A DNA stretch of 62,200 nt, the filler included, from Aduncisulcus paluster (taxonomy: Eukaryota), in NCBI GenBank assembly GCA_024181965.1. It is 3 parts of 3 records of this genome, joined end to end, with 100 filler letters (N's around TTAATTAATTAA, not from the genome) between each part and the next. Parts side by side here need not be neighbours in the genome. Positions count along the whole stretch, not along the records: positions 1 to 30,719 come from BQXS01010796.1; 2 more parts are not named here. One strand, written 5' to 3'. Positions 1-11,896 of this stretch are shown here, piece after piece (the first letter of the stretch is position 1; each line of letters opens with the position of its first letter). The translations under genes and the position numbers were made by a program. Below the pieces are notes generated by a model, which was not told the origin of the DNA, did not search any database, and worked only from the letters and a program-made list of their open reading frames with translations.

Positions 1-11
1 CTCTCCAACGT

Positions 12-1052
12 ATGATGGCTCTGTCAACAAGTATTGTAAGAGCAGTCGTTAGTCGTGTCTATGAGGATTCTACTGGCAGTGGAAAACGTAGGGGAGCACA
101 ACATGTAGACATTTCATCCTTTGCCAATCCAATGAAGTATAGTCTTGTGAATGCTCTCTGTCAGATGTGTCTCCAACAGGACATTGACGAGGTTGTTCTA
201 CATTGCTGTGAGACTTTGTACCTGACCCGTCTTAAGGATTATCTCAACGGGAAGAAGGGAGTCATGAGACATTTCAGAATTATTTCAGAGTGTATGTTCA
301 ACCTATTGCCACTCGCACGTTCTTCTGTGTGCTCTGTGTTCCTCGTGATGTCTATTCTCCTTGATCTTGTATGTGAACATGATCCGGAGCGCATGAGAAA
401 GGAATGTGTGTCAACAATATACCAATTATGCTTCAGGTTCCTTAACTCTGGTGCTGGATACGCTCTACAAGATCCTTCAGATCTCATTGATCCCGCTTAT
501 GCCCGAATCCTTGATAAATCTGACGTTCTCCGCCGCGATCTCGAAAGTGATTCATCTCACGTGCTTCAATTTGTCAAGGCTGCAAGCAAACTTGTTGTTT
601 TCATGGATAGTGTTGATTTGTATAACGTTGATTCTTTCACTGATCGACTTGGTATGTATGGAGTTTACAAGGAAGGCAGAGATTTCCAAAAACAAACGGA
701 TCAAGTTCGTTTCTCAAAAGTAATATCTTTTTGTGAGGGTATGCTTGGTGATGAACGTTGTATGTGCTGTGAACTTGGAGGTTACATTGATAAGCTGAAT
801 GTCTGTGAGAAAAAGAGAAAAGACATGAAAGAAAGGTGTCTTGCAGCTGAAAAGGTGGTTTATGACGTGTTGGTGGATGTATACAAACGAATTGTTGAGG
901 GCATTGCCGAACATGATCTTCACACTGTAAAACGTTCAATCAGAAAGGATTTGCATGATAGAATTGAGCAATTGGGTGAAGCTTATAGTAAGAGAATGGA
1001 AACACACGGAAAATTGGAAATTCTGGACGAATTGAAGAGGATTTTACGCTAG
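12..1052 (+). CDS. Hypothetical protein, probably 5'-truncated by the window edge
   Basis: 346-aa ORF; the frame stays open upstream to position 3; helical/coiled C-terminus; AT-rich spacer follows the TAG. Confidence 0.75.
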   Translation: MMALSTSIVRAVVSRVYEDSTGSGKRRGAQHVDISSFANPMKYSLVNALCQMCLQQDIDEVVLHCCETLYLTRLKDYLNGKKGVMRHFRIISECMFNLLPLARSSVCSVFLVMSILLDLVCEHDPERMRKECVSTIYQLCFRFLNSGAGYALQDPSDLIDPAYARILDKSDVLRRDLESDSSHVLQFVKAASKLVVFMDSVDLYNVDSFTDRLGMYGVYKEGRDFQKQTDQVRFSKVISFCEGMLGDERCMCCELGGYIDKLNVCEKKRKDMKERCLAAEKVVYDVLVDVYKRIVEGIAEHDLHTVKRSIRKDLHDRIEQLGEAYSKRMETHGKLEILDELKRILR

Positions 1053-1394
1053 ATTTCAAAAATCATCTAAATAATAGTAAATTTGATATTTTTCAAGTTA
1101 AACAAATGCCTACCTTTTCATCAATTTCGAATATTTATGATAATTATTGGTAATTTTGTGTCATATCTTATTGGTTCTTTTACTATTTTGTGATGTTTTT
1201 TTCCGCTGGTAATTAAATGATGGACAGCACGGTTCCCTCAAAAAAAATTTATTAGATGGGATTTTACTTTGATATTTTCAAGTATTTATGATTTTTTTAA
1301 CTTCAATTAGTATAAGTTGATCGGATGAAAAAGTTTTTCAAAAACATTAATCGCAGGCTTTTGAAAGAACTATTTTTGATCTCGTTGGTGCAAA

Positions 1395-3275
1395 ATGGCA
1401 ATGGACAAAGGAATGGATCAATTGGTAAATCCATATTTAAGATTACCTCATTCTTTTGTTGAATGGCCCAATATTAAAAAACACCTCGAAGATTTCTGTT
1501 CCAAGGAAGGTGGTATTAGTGTAGGTGAATGTTCAGCCCTTATTAAAACTTTATTTACACTTTTACATCCATCTTCCCGTCCAATTCGGACAGAAAAATG
1601 CATCATGAGGGCAGCTGAAAATTTGTCAAAAAGTCTCGGTGTTGAAATTACCCCAATCATAACGGCGGCATTTAAATGCATGTGTGAACGTATCTTGTAT
1701 ATTTCTTCTTGCCTTCCACCAAAAATGGAAAAAACTACACATGGATTTGCTGGTCGGAAAGAATGGGTGTTGACAAGACGTCAAGCAAGTGGTTTACTTG
1801 GTTGTGGTATCTTCCAATTGTTGACAAATCGGTTTAACTTTTTGTATATGAGGACAGGTGATGGTGGTAGGAAGTTTGAATTCATTTTAAATTATTTTTA
1901 TATTTCTGCCTTTGAAACTACAAGCACTCTAGATAACATATATATCATTATCAAAAGGAATGATTCACTTTCTGTTCTTCGAGATCTTGGAGTTGAAGTT
2001 TCTGACAAATTCGTTGAAGCTGAAGAGTTAAAATATCGTCAATCGATAATCAAAAAGATGCAGAAAAGCTTATCCAAGGACGAAAAAGAAGAAATTATAG
2101 CATCTACCATATCCCCTTGTGGTGATTCTGGTACATATGCCGATGTTATCAGAGCATCTCTCATTGAGGATAAAAATTCTCATCCCCAGAGTTATGTTCC
2201 TTCTGTGCTCTCTACTATGCTTGCATCACATGTCAGATCCCTTAAAACACCAATCGATGCTTCTTTGGTTACAATAGCCCCATCTCATGCTTCCATGCTT
2301 GATTCTAGTGTACACAAGTCCCATGTTGTTCACGATTTCTCGTCGCGAAAGGTTGGTGGTGGTGTATTAAATGCTGGATGTGTCCAAGAAGAAATATACA
2401 TGTCGCAATGTCCCGAATTAATTACCTCGGTCCTGCTCTGTACACCTTTGAAACATGATGAATCTGTGTGGGTGAGTGGAGCCTTACCATACGGAGATTT
2501 CACAGGATATAAGAATACTTTCCATTGTACTCATCCTTTCACATATGAGGAACTTATATTGTCTGATATGGAAAAGAGTGAGAAAGAGAAGGTACCCCTT
2601 GATCTGGAAGATCTTCGTGATATTAAGTGCATATCCACTGGAGATGAACTTAAACATCTCTCTCTCCCATCAATGTCGCCGGAAAGTATGGAAACGCCCA
2701 CTATATCTGTTCAAACAAGGGACGTGACTTGTGTTGTGGCAGATGCCTTACGTTGTGCCTCTGTTCCTTTGCAATACCAACTTATTGATCTCTTTGTTGA
2801 TAGGGAACTTGTCAAGTTGATGGTCACTTTCTCTGATCCTCGTCTTCCCAAGTTAACTGCACCACTCGCTGGAGGACAGTTCGGATGTGGAGTTTTCAAA
2901 GGAGATCCATATTTAAAGGGTCTTCTTCAAATTATCGTTGCTTCTTGTCTTGGGGTTAAGTTAGAGCTATATCCTTTTAATAATGATAAGGTTCATTCTA
3001 TATGGAGTCGTATTCTCGAGAGTTGTAACGGAATCTCTATCTCTGACGTTATGAAATTGATTGAGGATTGTCGTGCTATGGTCGGCATTGAAAAAGAAGG
3101 AATGTATGAAAAGATGGCATCAATCCGCAAAAAATCAAGAGCCCCTTGGCGGAAGAAAGGGAAACGTGGAGAGGAAAAGAAAGAAGAGGAAAAGATGACC
3201 GAAGAGAAATCTAAAAAGCCACTTACATTCGTTGATGTCTTTTTTGAGGCCCTTGAATCATTCAAAAAGAAATGA
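1395..3275 (+). CDS. PARG: Poly(ADP-ribose) glycohydrolase (macrodomain PARG)
   Basis: PARG signature GGG-X6-QEE (DFSSRKVGGGVLNAGCVQEEI...PEL), tyrosine-clasp-like FTGYKNTF, REL.K, and GQFGCGVFKGDP..K (cf. GNWGCGAFGGD); basic C-terminal tail. Confidence 0.88.
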   Translation: MAMDKGMDQLVNPYLRLPHSFVEWPNIKKHLEDFCSKEGGISVGECSALIKTLFTLLHPSSRPIRTEKCIMRAAENLSKSLGVEITPIITAAFKCMCERILYISSCLPPKMEKTTHGFAGRKEWVLTRRQASGLLGCGIFQLLTNRFNFLYMRTGDGGRKFEFILNYFYISAFETTSTLDNIYIIIKRNDSLSVLRDLGVEVSDKFVEAEELKYRQSIIKKMQKSLSKDEKEEIIASTISPCGDSGTYADVIRASLIEDKNSHPQSYVPSVLSTMLASHVRSLKTPIDASLVTIAPSHASMLDSSVHKSHVVHDFSSRKVGGGVLNAGCVQEEIYMSQCPELITSVLLCTPLKHDESVWVSGALPYGDFTGYKNTFHCTHPFTYEELILSDMEKSEKEKVPLDLEDLRDIKCISTGDELKHLSLPSMSPESMETPTISVQTRDVTCVVADALRCASVPLQYQLIDLFVDRELVKLMVTFSDPRLPKLTAPLAGGQFGCGVFKGDPYLKGLLQIIVASCLGVKLELYPFNNDKVHSIWSRILESCNGISISDVMKLIEDCRAMVGIEKEGMYEKMASIRKKSRAPWRKKGKRGEEKKEEEKMTEEKSKKPLTFVDVFFEALESFKKK

Positions 3276-3381
3276 GTTATTCATGCGACCCTTTATCTCA
3301 TTCAAGAATTCCTGTGCAAGGAAGAAATGGATCCAGAAAGGGAAAACTTTCAGTCATTATTTAGTAAATACTATCCTTGGA

Positions 3382-4515
3382 TTATTTCCATGGAAGTTGG
3401 GATAATCGTTCAGCTATAATGATTTCCTCTGGCAGAGTAAATACAAGGGAGTAGATACAGAAATTTCGACTATTCTTCACCGTCCATATTCCTTTTCCTT
3501 CAATCTCACACAATACAACATTATTCATATCAATAGGAAGGAAGTGCCATTCATAGTAATGTTTAGGTCTTGTGAATTCATACTTCTTGGATGTCTTCTT
3601 GCCATCACAATCAGTGAAAGTAAAGAGAAGAGAGGGTGAACTATTTAACTTATTCACACAGATATAAGCGCCTTTCATGGTACTAGGTGAAGGGAAAGGG
3701 ATGAAAAGATGGGATAACCATAGATAACCTTCAACTTTTAACATTATTTGTGCCTGTGAACTCCGATCATACCACTTAGATTCCTTACAAAACGCATCAT
3801 TCTTGCACTTAACCATTGAGAATGAAGGATTTACAAGATGTGGATCATCACGTGGAATGGGAATAGAATCTCTACCTTTAGATTCTTCATCTGCTTCCTT
3901 CACAAACTTTGGGTTCACAACTGGAGCTTCATACCACAGTTTCTCTCTGGCTTCACGAGCACAAATTTCCTCAGGGGTTTCTACTCTACTAATGAAAACA
4001 AGGGAGGTGATTTTAAAAAAATGCTCTTTCCTTCTTCCTTTCCCAGTAATCTCACACAGAACAACATCAGGAAGGTCAACAGGAAGGAAATACCAATGAT
4101 AATCTTCAAATTGAGGAAATTCGTATTTCTTGGATGTTTTCTCACCCTTTGAAGATGTGAGAGTGAAGATAAGATGTGATGGATGTGAAATATAACCATA
4201 CAGACAGATATAACCACCCTTCATTGGGGAAGAAGAAGATGAGGAGAAAGGAATGGAGATATGGGTAAAGGGTTCTTCACAATACCCTTCTTTCATCATA
4301 TATTGTGCTTCATCACTTTGATCATACCCCTTATCATTTTGATCGTACTCTTCATCATCTTCTTCCCACGTTCCTTTAATTATTGCTGTGATACTTGGAA
4401 TCTCTGCACTCTTAATATTGGGGGAATCTCGAGGAATTGGAAAACATCTCTCATCTCCTTCATGAACAAACTCAGGTTCCACAGTTTGAATAATAGCATC
4501 TGTGGATAAACTCAT
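3382..4515 (-). CDS. Lineage-expanded family protein with two tandem ~180-aa beta-rich domains
   Basis: Internal duplication: PIPRD...HI.IPF...MKG.YIC...K.TSKKYEF...W.FLP.D...VVLCEI.GKG occurs twice. Confidence 0.85.
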   Translation of the reverse strand: MSLSTDAIIQTVEPEFVHEGDERCFPIPRDSPNIKSAEIPSITAIIKGTWEEDDEEYDQNDKGYDQSDEAQYMMKEGYCEEPFTHISIPFSSSSSSPMKGGYICLYGYISHPSHLIFTLTSSKGEKTSKKYEFPQFEDYHWYFLPVDLPDVVLCEITGKGRRKEHFFKITSLVFISRVETPEEICAREAREKLWYEAPVVNPKFVKEADEESKGRDSIPIPRDDPHLVNPSFSMVKCKNDAFCKESKWYDRSSQAQIMLKVEGYLWLSHLFIPFPSPSTMKGAYICVNKLNSSPSLLFTFTDCDGKKTSKKYEFTRPKHYYEWHFLPIDMNNVVLCEIEGKGIWTVKNSRNFCIYSLVFTLPEEIIIAERLSQLPWK

Positions 4516-5427
4516 TTGAATAGAGATAGAATTTCTTATCTAAAAAAATAAAAACAAGCATAATAATAAAAGTATTTGTGAACAAACAGAATAATTGCGA
4601 ATTGCAAGGAGAACAGTCCGAGAAAAAGACAAAAATGAACAAAATACAAACAACCAGCACAATATAGTTGGTATAATTTGAAGACACCAATTAAAATATT
4701 TCTCAATGATCGTTTAATAAAAGAAGTGGCATATAGTAAACATACAATTTGTTTCTAACCGGACAAAAGATGACGACCAAACCCCCAGCCCCCAATTGAT
4801 AATCATGGAAAGTAATATCATACAATATATAAATAAATCTATATGGACATTTTCTTTCAATCATATATTGCATGCCATCCTTGTGAGTCCACTCCTGATA
4901 CAAAATCGTTTCATAACTTCGACATTTGTTTACATAGTGGATTATAAAGTGACAAAATATGCTGACAAATTGCAGTTGAAATCTATGAATATTGTGAATA
5001 TATCATCGACTTCTTGTCAGAGAAGCTATTCTTCTGGTTTTCTTCCGTTTGCTTTTCTCGAATCGTTCTCACTCTTCTCTGCTTGATTGAGAAAAACTAA
5101 TCTTTCTCACAATGTCATTGTTCTCTATTTCTCTTGTTGACAACTCTCCTTACCCCGATTTTGCTGGAGCAGGAAGATTGCATCAGCCAGGTGCAGCTGA
5201 GCTTGTTTATTTTGTCATTCTATCGAATCTATAGCTTAAGTCCTACCAATTATTGATATATTTACTTGATTAACCAATTTGATAGAAATAAATATGAAAA
5301 GAAAAAAATGTAAATATTTCAGCAGAAACGCCCACTAATGACAAGAAAATATCAGGTAATATATTTTAAATGTATTACAGATCCTAAAAACAAACAACTA
5401 AAAACATTAAGTCAGAAAAATATGATC

Positions 5428-8400
5428 TTATTTAGTCTCCAGGTCAAAAGGTAAGAGAGGAATAGCATGGTCAGTGTGATGGTCATCACTTTCATCATCG
5501 AATGCGGCTCCCCTCTCCTCTTTCTCCTTTCGGACTTTTCGACGATGCTCAGATGCTTCTCGGTCGCTTCGAGCATCAGCAGGAGCATAACTGTTTGACA
5601 TTTCAATTCCAGGATCATCCACAACGACCCAAGAATCTTGCTTATCAATGCTATATTTTCTCGAAAGAGCAGGCATAGTATCTCCAGAAAAGACAGATCT
5701 TCTGAATCTCGGCATTTGTAGGAACTTAGACAGACGATCGTAGACAATGGTTTCCTCGACTTGGATCTTGCTGATTTCTCTCTTGATCTTCCTCACCTCC
5801 AAGTGCCTAGAAATAACCGATGGGGCATCACGTGAGAGCAAGGAGATCGATACAACACTATCAATGTTCTGAGGAAGACCACGATGTCTACCGAGAAGCA
5901 TCACAAGCATGATAAACACACGGCTCCAGTGATTCATATAAGCACTCAAGGAAATGGCATTGGGATGGCCAAGAGATAATCCTACATTTCCATACGCGGA
6001 CGCTAACTCAAAAATAACCATAAATGGGGTGAAATACAGATCAAAACGCATACTCTCACTTTCACAACAACAAATAAGAGTCCAAGCAATGAAAATCAGA
6101 GCAAGATCACGTTCAAAAGTATTCACACGGTAAGCAACTCCAATATCGGACATCACTTTCTTGATCTTTTCCCATATGTCCTCGGAGGAATATGAAGATT
6201 TCTTGCTCGATTTCTTCAAACTTACTGACGATTTTTTGTGAACATCGTTAGAAATGCTACCTTTTCGACTCTGAACGTACATGTATCCATATTGACCTTG
6301 AGAATCGGTTTGTAGAACGACCTTATCAGAAGTGATCTTTTTATCCTGACTCCCGAGGGAAGAAGGGAATAATGTCTTGGATATTTCTTGGGGAATCTCT
6401 TTTGAATTATATACTTTTGTAAGCGTTCCCTTTGAGTCTTTGGAGACAGATGTTTGGGCCTCAGTACGCGACTGAGTTTCCTTCTGAGTGTCCTCAGTAG
6501 CCTCAGTATCTCCGACATCAGTGTCAAGATAAGATGACATTTGTTCTGCGAGACGTTGAGCATGACGTTCTCTCTTTCGTTTGAGTCTCTCTTCTCGGCG
6601 TTTCTGTTTCTTCTTCTCGGCGGCTATATCTCTCATCCTCTCTTCTTCTTCGGCCTTGACTTTTTCTTTCCACAACTCACGCTTGAGTCGTCGTGTTTCT
6701 TTCTTGATTTCCTCGGGAGCACTCTTCATTGAGCTTTGGAGCACTGAAATGAAAGGATAGGGAGCAACGATCATCATTCCAGTGTACAAAACATTCAGGC
6801 CATCGCTCAAATTGGCTAGGTTTAGTACATTAAACCCGGCACTTCTTGTTGACACTGCTTGGAACAATCCACAGAAAGCTCTGTTAAAAGGAGTAATGTA
6901 TTGGAAAGACGCAGTGTTCATATCGAGCATCAAGAATGCAAACCATTCAACAATTGTGAATACAAACCACATCATGAAGAGCATAAAGTTCTCGTGTGCC
7001 GGGAAAAGATGTGTATAACATGAACGGGCATCAGTCAATAACCACGCAAACACATCCTCTTCTTCATCCTCATCGAGTTCTTTCAAAAGCTTCTCTTCTT
7101 GCTTCCGTCGTCGTCTGTTCAGCGTATCATCACTAATTATGCTATTATATACAAGGGACAACGTTGCAGTCGCAGTGTCTTGTGGGTCACCACGGAGTAT
7201 TTCCAAATCATCATCTTCCTGAATACTGGCAGAACCACTGTCAATCTCTGCGTATCCAGTCAGCTTCCGATCTCTGTTCCTTCTCTTGATTCTCCTGGCC
7301 TGCCGTTTCGCTTCTCGCCGGGTGTCTTTTCGGCGTTGGTAGATCTGAGCTTGCATCCAGATGGTGAGCCTTAACATAACTGGGAATAGAGTGTTTCCAG
7401 CAGCAATGAGGAATCCAATGACCGTTTGGATGAATGGGTGACGTTGCATGTACAAAAGATTGTCCGGCATCAGTGAAAACCCAGCATTATTGAAGGCACT
7501 AATGACATGGAATAGACACCACCATCCGACACTTCCAGTGTATCCTCCAAGCATGATATCATCCTGAGCTTTGCTTGAGAACTTGATGTAAGTATACAAG
7601 CATAGCCAGCAGACAAAATAAGTCGCAAGGATCTGAGTGGTGATAGCTACAAGAAGAATCCCAGAAGCACGATAATCCATAAAGAATTCGTAGAGCATTT
7701 TGCTTCGTGGAGCAGGCTCGTGAGAAGCAGCCTTATGCTTGTTAGCATCATCAGAAGCATCATGGATGGCCTTGATGGTATACAGGGCCGAAGGAAGATG
7801 TTCAAAGTCTTGTACCGCTGTTGATGGAATGCTTAATGCACTTGGAGGAATGTGATCATCCTGGGAAGCATCATCACGGGATGGGGAGCCAAAGAGAGTA
7901 GGATCTTGCATGTCTCGAGCTCTAATTCCATGGTCTTCCTCCTCAAATGAATCATGAGAAGATGATTCTTCTCCTGTTTTAATTATTATTGACGAATGAG
8001 GTAATGTGGATGCGTGGCGAGGAGTCGACCCGTCTTGACTCTCAAGATCTTTCCATTGAATACTGTCAGAGCTGCTTTGGTAATGAAGACCATCTTTTTC
8101 CTCTTGTATTGTTCCCGAAGTTGGCTTGTGATGCCTCTTGCGTCTTCTTCTACGATGAGAATGACTTGTAGTAGGAAGTTGGGAATCGAGTGGAGATGAT
8201 TGGACAGGAGATTCATCATCGGCGGAAATAATATGGACAGATTCACGAGTGGATTGATTTCTTGTTTTTTGATTAGAATTCGAGTGTGAATGATGAAAAG
8301 GAGAAGGAATATTTGTATTCTTCATCAGGACAATTTCCCGAGAGAACCTCCGCCTTAAAAACAATCTCCGAAACAATAAAGGCGCCATACTCATCATAGA

Positions 8401-8670
8401 TGCAGATCCTAACTGAATACATATTAGAGTTAAGATCTGAGACATAAGACACATATCTGAGAATGATACAGCTAATAATCCTGTGACTGTCAGGGCTGAA
8501 GTGGAAGTAAATACGCCATCAAGCCAGGGGACATCCTTTGAACTGCGGTAATTGTGAAAATATTCAGTGATATAGATTGCAGTTCCAAAAAACAATGCCA
8601 AGAAGATGTACCACAAGAGATGGACTCTGAAGTATGGAAATTGAAATTGTCTTTCACTATCCACCTTCAT
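5428..8670 (-). CDS. Trk/HKT (TrkH-family) cation/K+ transporter
   Basis: Four MPM pore motifs with filter glycines (SALTVTGL, SAFNNAGF, STRSAGF, SAYGNVGLSLG), C-terminal GRHRGLP, and long hydrophilic loops as in fungal Trk1. Confidence 0.92.
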   Translation of the reverse strand: MKVDSERQFQFPYFRVHLLWYIFLALFFGTAIYITEYFHNYRSSKDVPWLDGVFTSTSALTVTGLLAVSFSDMCLMSQILTLICIQLGSASMMSMAPLLFRRLFLRRRFSREIVLMKNTNIPSPFHHSHSNSNQKTRNQSTRESVHIISADDESPVQSSPLDSQLPTTSHSHRRRRRKRHHKPTSGTIQEEKDGLHYQSSSDSIQWKDLESQDGSTPRHASTLPHSSIIIKTGEESSSHDSFEEEDHGIRARDMQDPTLFGSPSRDDASQDDHIPPSALSIPSTAVQDFEHLPSALYTIKAIHDASDDANKHKAASHEPAPRSKMLYEFFMDYRASGILLVAITTQILATYFVCWLCLYTYIKFSSKAQDDIMLGGYTGSVGWWCLFHVISAFNNAGFSLMPDNLLYMQRHPFIQTVIGFLIAAGNTLFPVMLRLTIWMQAQIYQRRKDTRREAKRQARRIKRRNRDRKLTGYAEIDSGSASIQEDDDLEILRGDPQDTATATLSLVYNSIISDDTLNRRRRKQEEKLLKELDEDEEEDVFAWLLTDARSCYTHLFPAHENFMLFMMWFVFTIVEWFAFLMLDMNTASFQYITPFNRAFCGLFQAVSTRSAGFNVLNLANLSDGLNVLYTGMMIVAPYPFISVLQSSMKSAPEEIKKETRRLKRELWKEKVKAEEEERMRDIAAEKKKQKRREERLKRKRERHAQRLAEQMSSYLDTDVGDTEATEDTQKETQSRTEAQTSVSKDSKGTLTKVYNSKEIPQEISKTLFPSSLGSQDKKITSDKVVLQTDSQGQYGYMYVQSRKGSISNDVHKKSSVSLKKSSKKSSYSSEDIWEKIKKVMSDIGVAYRVNTFERDLALIFIAWTLICCCESESMRFDLYFTPFMVIFELASAYGNVGLSLGHPNAISLSAYMNHWSRVFIMLVMLLGRHRGLPQNIDSVVSISLLSRDAPSVISRHLEVRKIKREISKIQVEETIVYDRLSKFLQMPRFRRSVFSGDTMPALSRKYSIDKQDSWVVVDDPGIEMSNSYAPADARSDREASEHRRKVRKEKEERGAAFDDESDDHHTDHAIPLLPFDLETK

Positions 8671-9000
8671 TTATGACCTTTTTATTGGCACTTTAGGCGA
8701 AAATCAAGAATCTTTCTGTATCTTCTGTGATTGAAAATATTATTGCATTATTTTATTTGTTCTTTGGATAAATCATATCTATACATTGAATTAATTTATT
8801 TAAATAGAACAAATAACTTGGAACGTCCCTTTATTAATAACATTTTTCAATGGCTAAATCTATCTCTTAAATCTATTATATGATTTATTGCAATATTATG
8901 TTATAAACTCTTAATTTTCATTCTATTTTCACTCGAAATTTTGGTATTTTTTCGTCTTAATTTGATTTGTAATACTAAATTGCCTTTTTGACAGCAATAG

Positions 9001-11121
9001 ATGAAAAAACAAGATAATCATAATGAGATTAGTGAAGTGATTTCACTGCCCTCATTATTTCTTAAAAAGAAAGGGAGCGATGATATCTCTCTCTTGAAAT
9101 CTCAAATATCTGAGTTGAAGGAACAAATTTTAAAATTTAGAAATACAATAGATCTGGAAAAACAGAAACGACGAAAATTAGAGTTAAAAATGACAGAAAT
9201 GAAAGCCCTTCATTTAGATGAATTGAAGAAAGCCGGAGGAACATATGTTGGTCGTGAAAGGGATAGAAAGCATTTATTAGAAGTTGATAGTCTGAAGAAA
9301 CAGCTTGAAAGAGCACAAACAAGTTGTTCTGAAGCCATTTCAGAAAGAGATCATCTTAGAGTGAAAGTTGGGTCCCAGATTCAGGATATTATTTCTCTCA
9401 AAACAGTTATACATAAGTTAGAAAGTGATTTGGCCAGGTGTAAAAGGGAAATTGTTTCTCAAGGAGCCAAACTCTCGCAGGCCCGTGAAGAGAGAACAAT
9501 TGCTATCAGTGAAAGAGAAAATTTAGTGAAAAAATTCGAAAGTGAGAAAGAAACATGGTTTGCAGAAGTTCGAGAACTCCGTGAACAACTCCGAAAGAAA
9601 TCCCAAACATTGATGCAACTAACTCGGAACAGTGTGGTTGTCGATGCCCGTAAAAGACTTACAGCAGCTGCACAAGACCGTACCGGTGCCCTTGAGGCAT
9701 CATTATCAGGTCGTCATGAGAGTGTAGCAAGCAGAACATCATCGGTACAACCAGAACCACTCCCCCATGGAGATGACTTTCGCAGGAGTACAGTTGTTAG
9801 CAACATGACGACAGGTGCTGAAAGTGACCTTCTCTCTCTCACACGGACACAAACTCACTCCCACTCGCATATGATGGCCGTTGGAAGTGCACGGGGATCC
9901 TCCTTCCATGGGTCTGCACGAGGCTCTTCTTTCTTTGATGAACATATTGGAATGTCAGTTGTTACAAAGACATGTATGGAATTATACGAGAGATTGATTA
10001 AGAAAACACTTGAAGGTAAAGAAGATGTCAATGCGGGACTCTTAAATTTCGCCAATGAACTGGCTGCGGAGCAAGAGAGGTTGACAGCAAGACTTGATGC
10101 ACACAAGACAACAATAGAAAGATTGAAAGCTGAAGCTGCTGGAGATTTGAGTAGTGGACGAAGATTTTCCCGACAACTTGAGACTAAGGTTCATGATCTC
10201 AGCTCTGCTGTTATCAATTTATCGAAGAAACTAAACCTTATCACATATTCGTTAAAACTTGCATTTGACGCTGCTTTGCAACTTGGTGAGCTTGTTGGTG
10301 CCTTCAGAAGCTCAGAAGTGCAGCAACTGAAGCTTGGAAAGTTCAAAGGTGCCCAAAGTGGTGTCACTGGAGGTAGTAAGATGGCACAGTTGCTAGAGGG
10401 CATACTTGGCAACAAAGGCCCAAGTCTTATTCGACCTGAGCTTCGTCCAGACAATATTTCTATTCTATTTGGTCTTCTTGAACAACAATTGGCAGAAGTT
10501 ATTCAGCTTATTCCCAAGGCTGATTTACTTGCGCTAAAGATCCCTGTTCAACATTTAAAAGCAAAAGAGATCAAAGAAAGGGAGAAGATATCTTCCAGTT
10601 CCAAGGATGGTACTGATATGAGTGGTTCTGATTTAAACAATCCTCTCGTACTTGGGAAGGTCTCCCCTTCTCTCCCAGCTGGACACCCTTACTCTTCTTC
10701 CCTTCGTGGTGGAAAGACAGCCACCAAGCAGAGTGTTGTGTCTCGTCTGTGCTCATCGATCAGTCAGATTGAAGCCCATGGGTTTTATGACACACCTGGT
10801 CGAGCACCTCTTAGAGAATCCTACATAGCTTCCCAGGCCAAGCATTTGCATCTCAGCGGAATGAGTGGATACGATCAAGACGAGAGTAGCAGTAGCGAAG
10901 AGGTCAATCCTGTGTTACTGAAAACACAGAAAGTGATGGATGAGGGTCAATGTTATACAGGTATGTCCTTCAAGAAAGAAGAGTCGAGACAAAGAAAAGT
11001 GGGGTTCCAGCTGAAAGAGAGAGTTGATATTGATTTAGAAAGTGAAGATGATCATGACGAAACATTTCCTGGAGCTGATTCGATGCTCAGACCTCTTTCC
11101 CGAGCTGAACTTGAAAAATGA
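9001..11121 (+). CDS. Coiled-coil protein of unknown function
   Basis: 706-aa ORF with long E/K/L heptad-rich segments. Confidence 0.8.
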   Translation: MKKQDNHNEISEVISLPSLFLKKKGSDDISLLKSQISELKEQILKFRNTIDLEKQKRRKLELKMTEMKALHLDELKKAGGTYVGRERDRKHLLEVDSLKKQLERAQTSCSEAISERDHLRVKVGSQIQDIISLKTVIHKLESDLARCKREIVSQGAKLSQAREERTIAISERENLVKKFESEKETWFAEVRELREQLRKKSQTLMQLTRNSVVVDARKRLTAAAQDRTGALEASLSGRHESVASRTSSVQPEPLPHGDDFRRSTVVSNMTTGAESDLLSLTRTQTHSHSHMMAVGSARGSSFHGSARGSSFFDEHIGMSVVTKTCMELYERLIKKTLEGKEDVNAGLLNFANELAAEQERLTARLDAHKTTIERLKAEAAGDLSSGRRFSRQLETKVHDLSSAVINLSKKLNLITYSLKLAFDAALQLGELVGAFRSSEVQQLKLGKFKGAQSGVTGGSKMAQLLEGILGNKGPSLIRPELRPDNISILFGLLEQQLAEVIQLIPKADLLALKIPVQHLKAKEIKEREKISSSSKDGTDMSGSDLNNPLVLGKVSPSLPAGHPYSSSLRGGKTATKQSVVSRLCSSISQIEAHGFYDTPGRAPLRESYIASQAKHLHLSGMSGYDQDESSSSEEVNPVLLKTQKVMDEGQCYTGMSFKKEESRQRKVGFQLKERVDIDLESEDDHDETFPGADSMLRPLSRAELEK

Positions 11122-11125
11122 TTTT

Positions 11126-11629
11126 GGGACGAGATCATTATCACAAATAATGAATAATATGTGTATTGTTAAATGTAATCTCGAGATTTTCGAGTTTGTT
11201 CGATTCGCACGCTAATCTTGAGCCTTCAATCGATCATTTGATGCAATTTAGAATATGGTTATCAAAGGGCAAAAAAATATCATATATATAACATTAAGAT
11301 CATTTCCTGATATATAAAGTCTAATCCAAAGATTCTTCGTTCATTATTATTATCTTTGGACTTATAGNNNNNNNNNNNNNNNNNNNNGGGACGAGATCAT
11401 TATCACAAATAATGAATAATATGTGTATTGTTAAATGTAATCTCGAGATTTTCGAGTTTGTTCGATTCGCACGCTAATCTTGAGCCTTCAATCGATCATT
11501 TGATGCAATTTAGAATATGGTTATCAAAGGGCAAAAAAATATCATATATATAACATTAAGATCATTTCCTGATATATAAAGTCTAATCCAAAGATTCTTC
11601 GTTCATTATTATTATCTTTGGACTTATAG
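11126..11629. other. Assembly artefact: 242-bp flank duplicated across 20-N gap (11368-11387)
   Basis: 11126-11367 is repeated at 11388-11629. Confidence 0.9.
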
Positions 11630-11896
11630 AGAAATCAGAACAAGCTTTACATATTTTACAATACAAATAATCAAAGTCATCAAGTTCCATTGCTCAATCC
11701 TTGACAAATGGTCAATGAAAGTATTACTAATTTTTCTACTAAGTTTCTCCACTACACAACTATTGTCAGGGAAACCGTGCAGGGATATTACACTATCTTT
11801 TGGCAGACAACAAAACTCTGATAAGCACTGACAACATGTAATTATCTCTTCTTTATGGGTTTGAATCTGATTCTTGGACTGGTAAGCGAGGAAAAC

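Noticed and set aside
4703-5218. Possible minus-strand pseudogene or TAA/TGA-recoded ORF
   Set aside because: Five stops in ~105 codons is about random expectation, and I see no recognisable homology.
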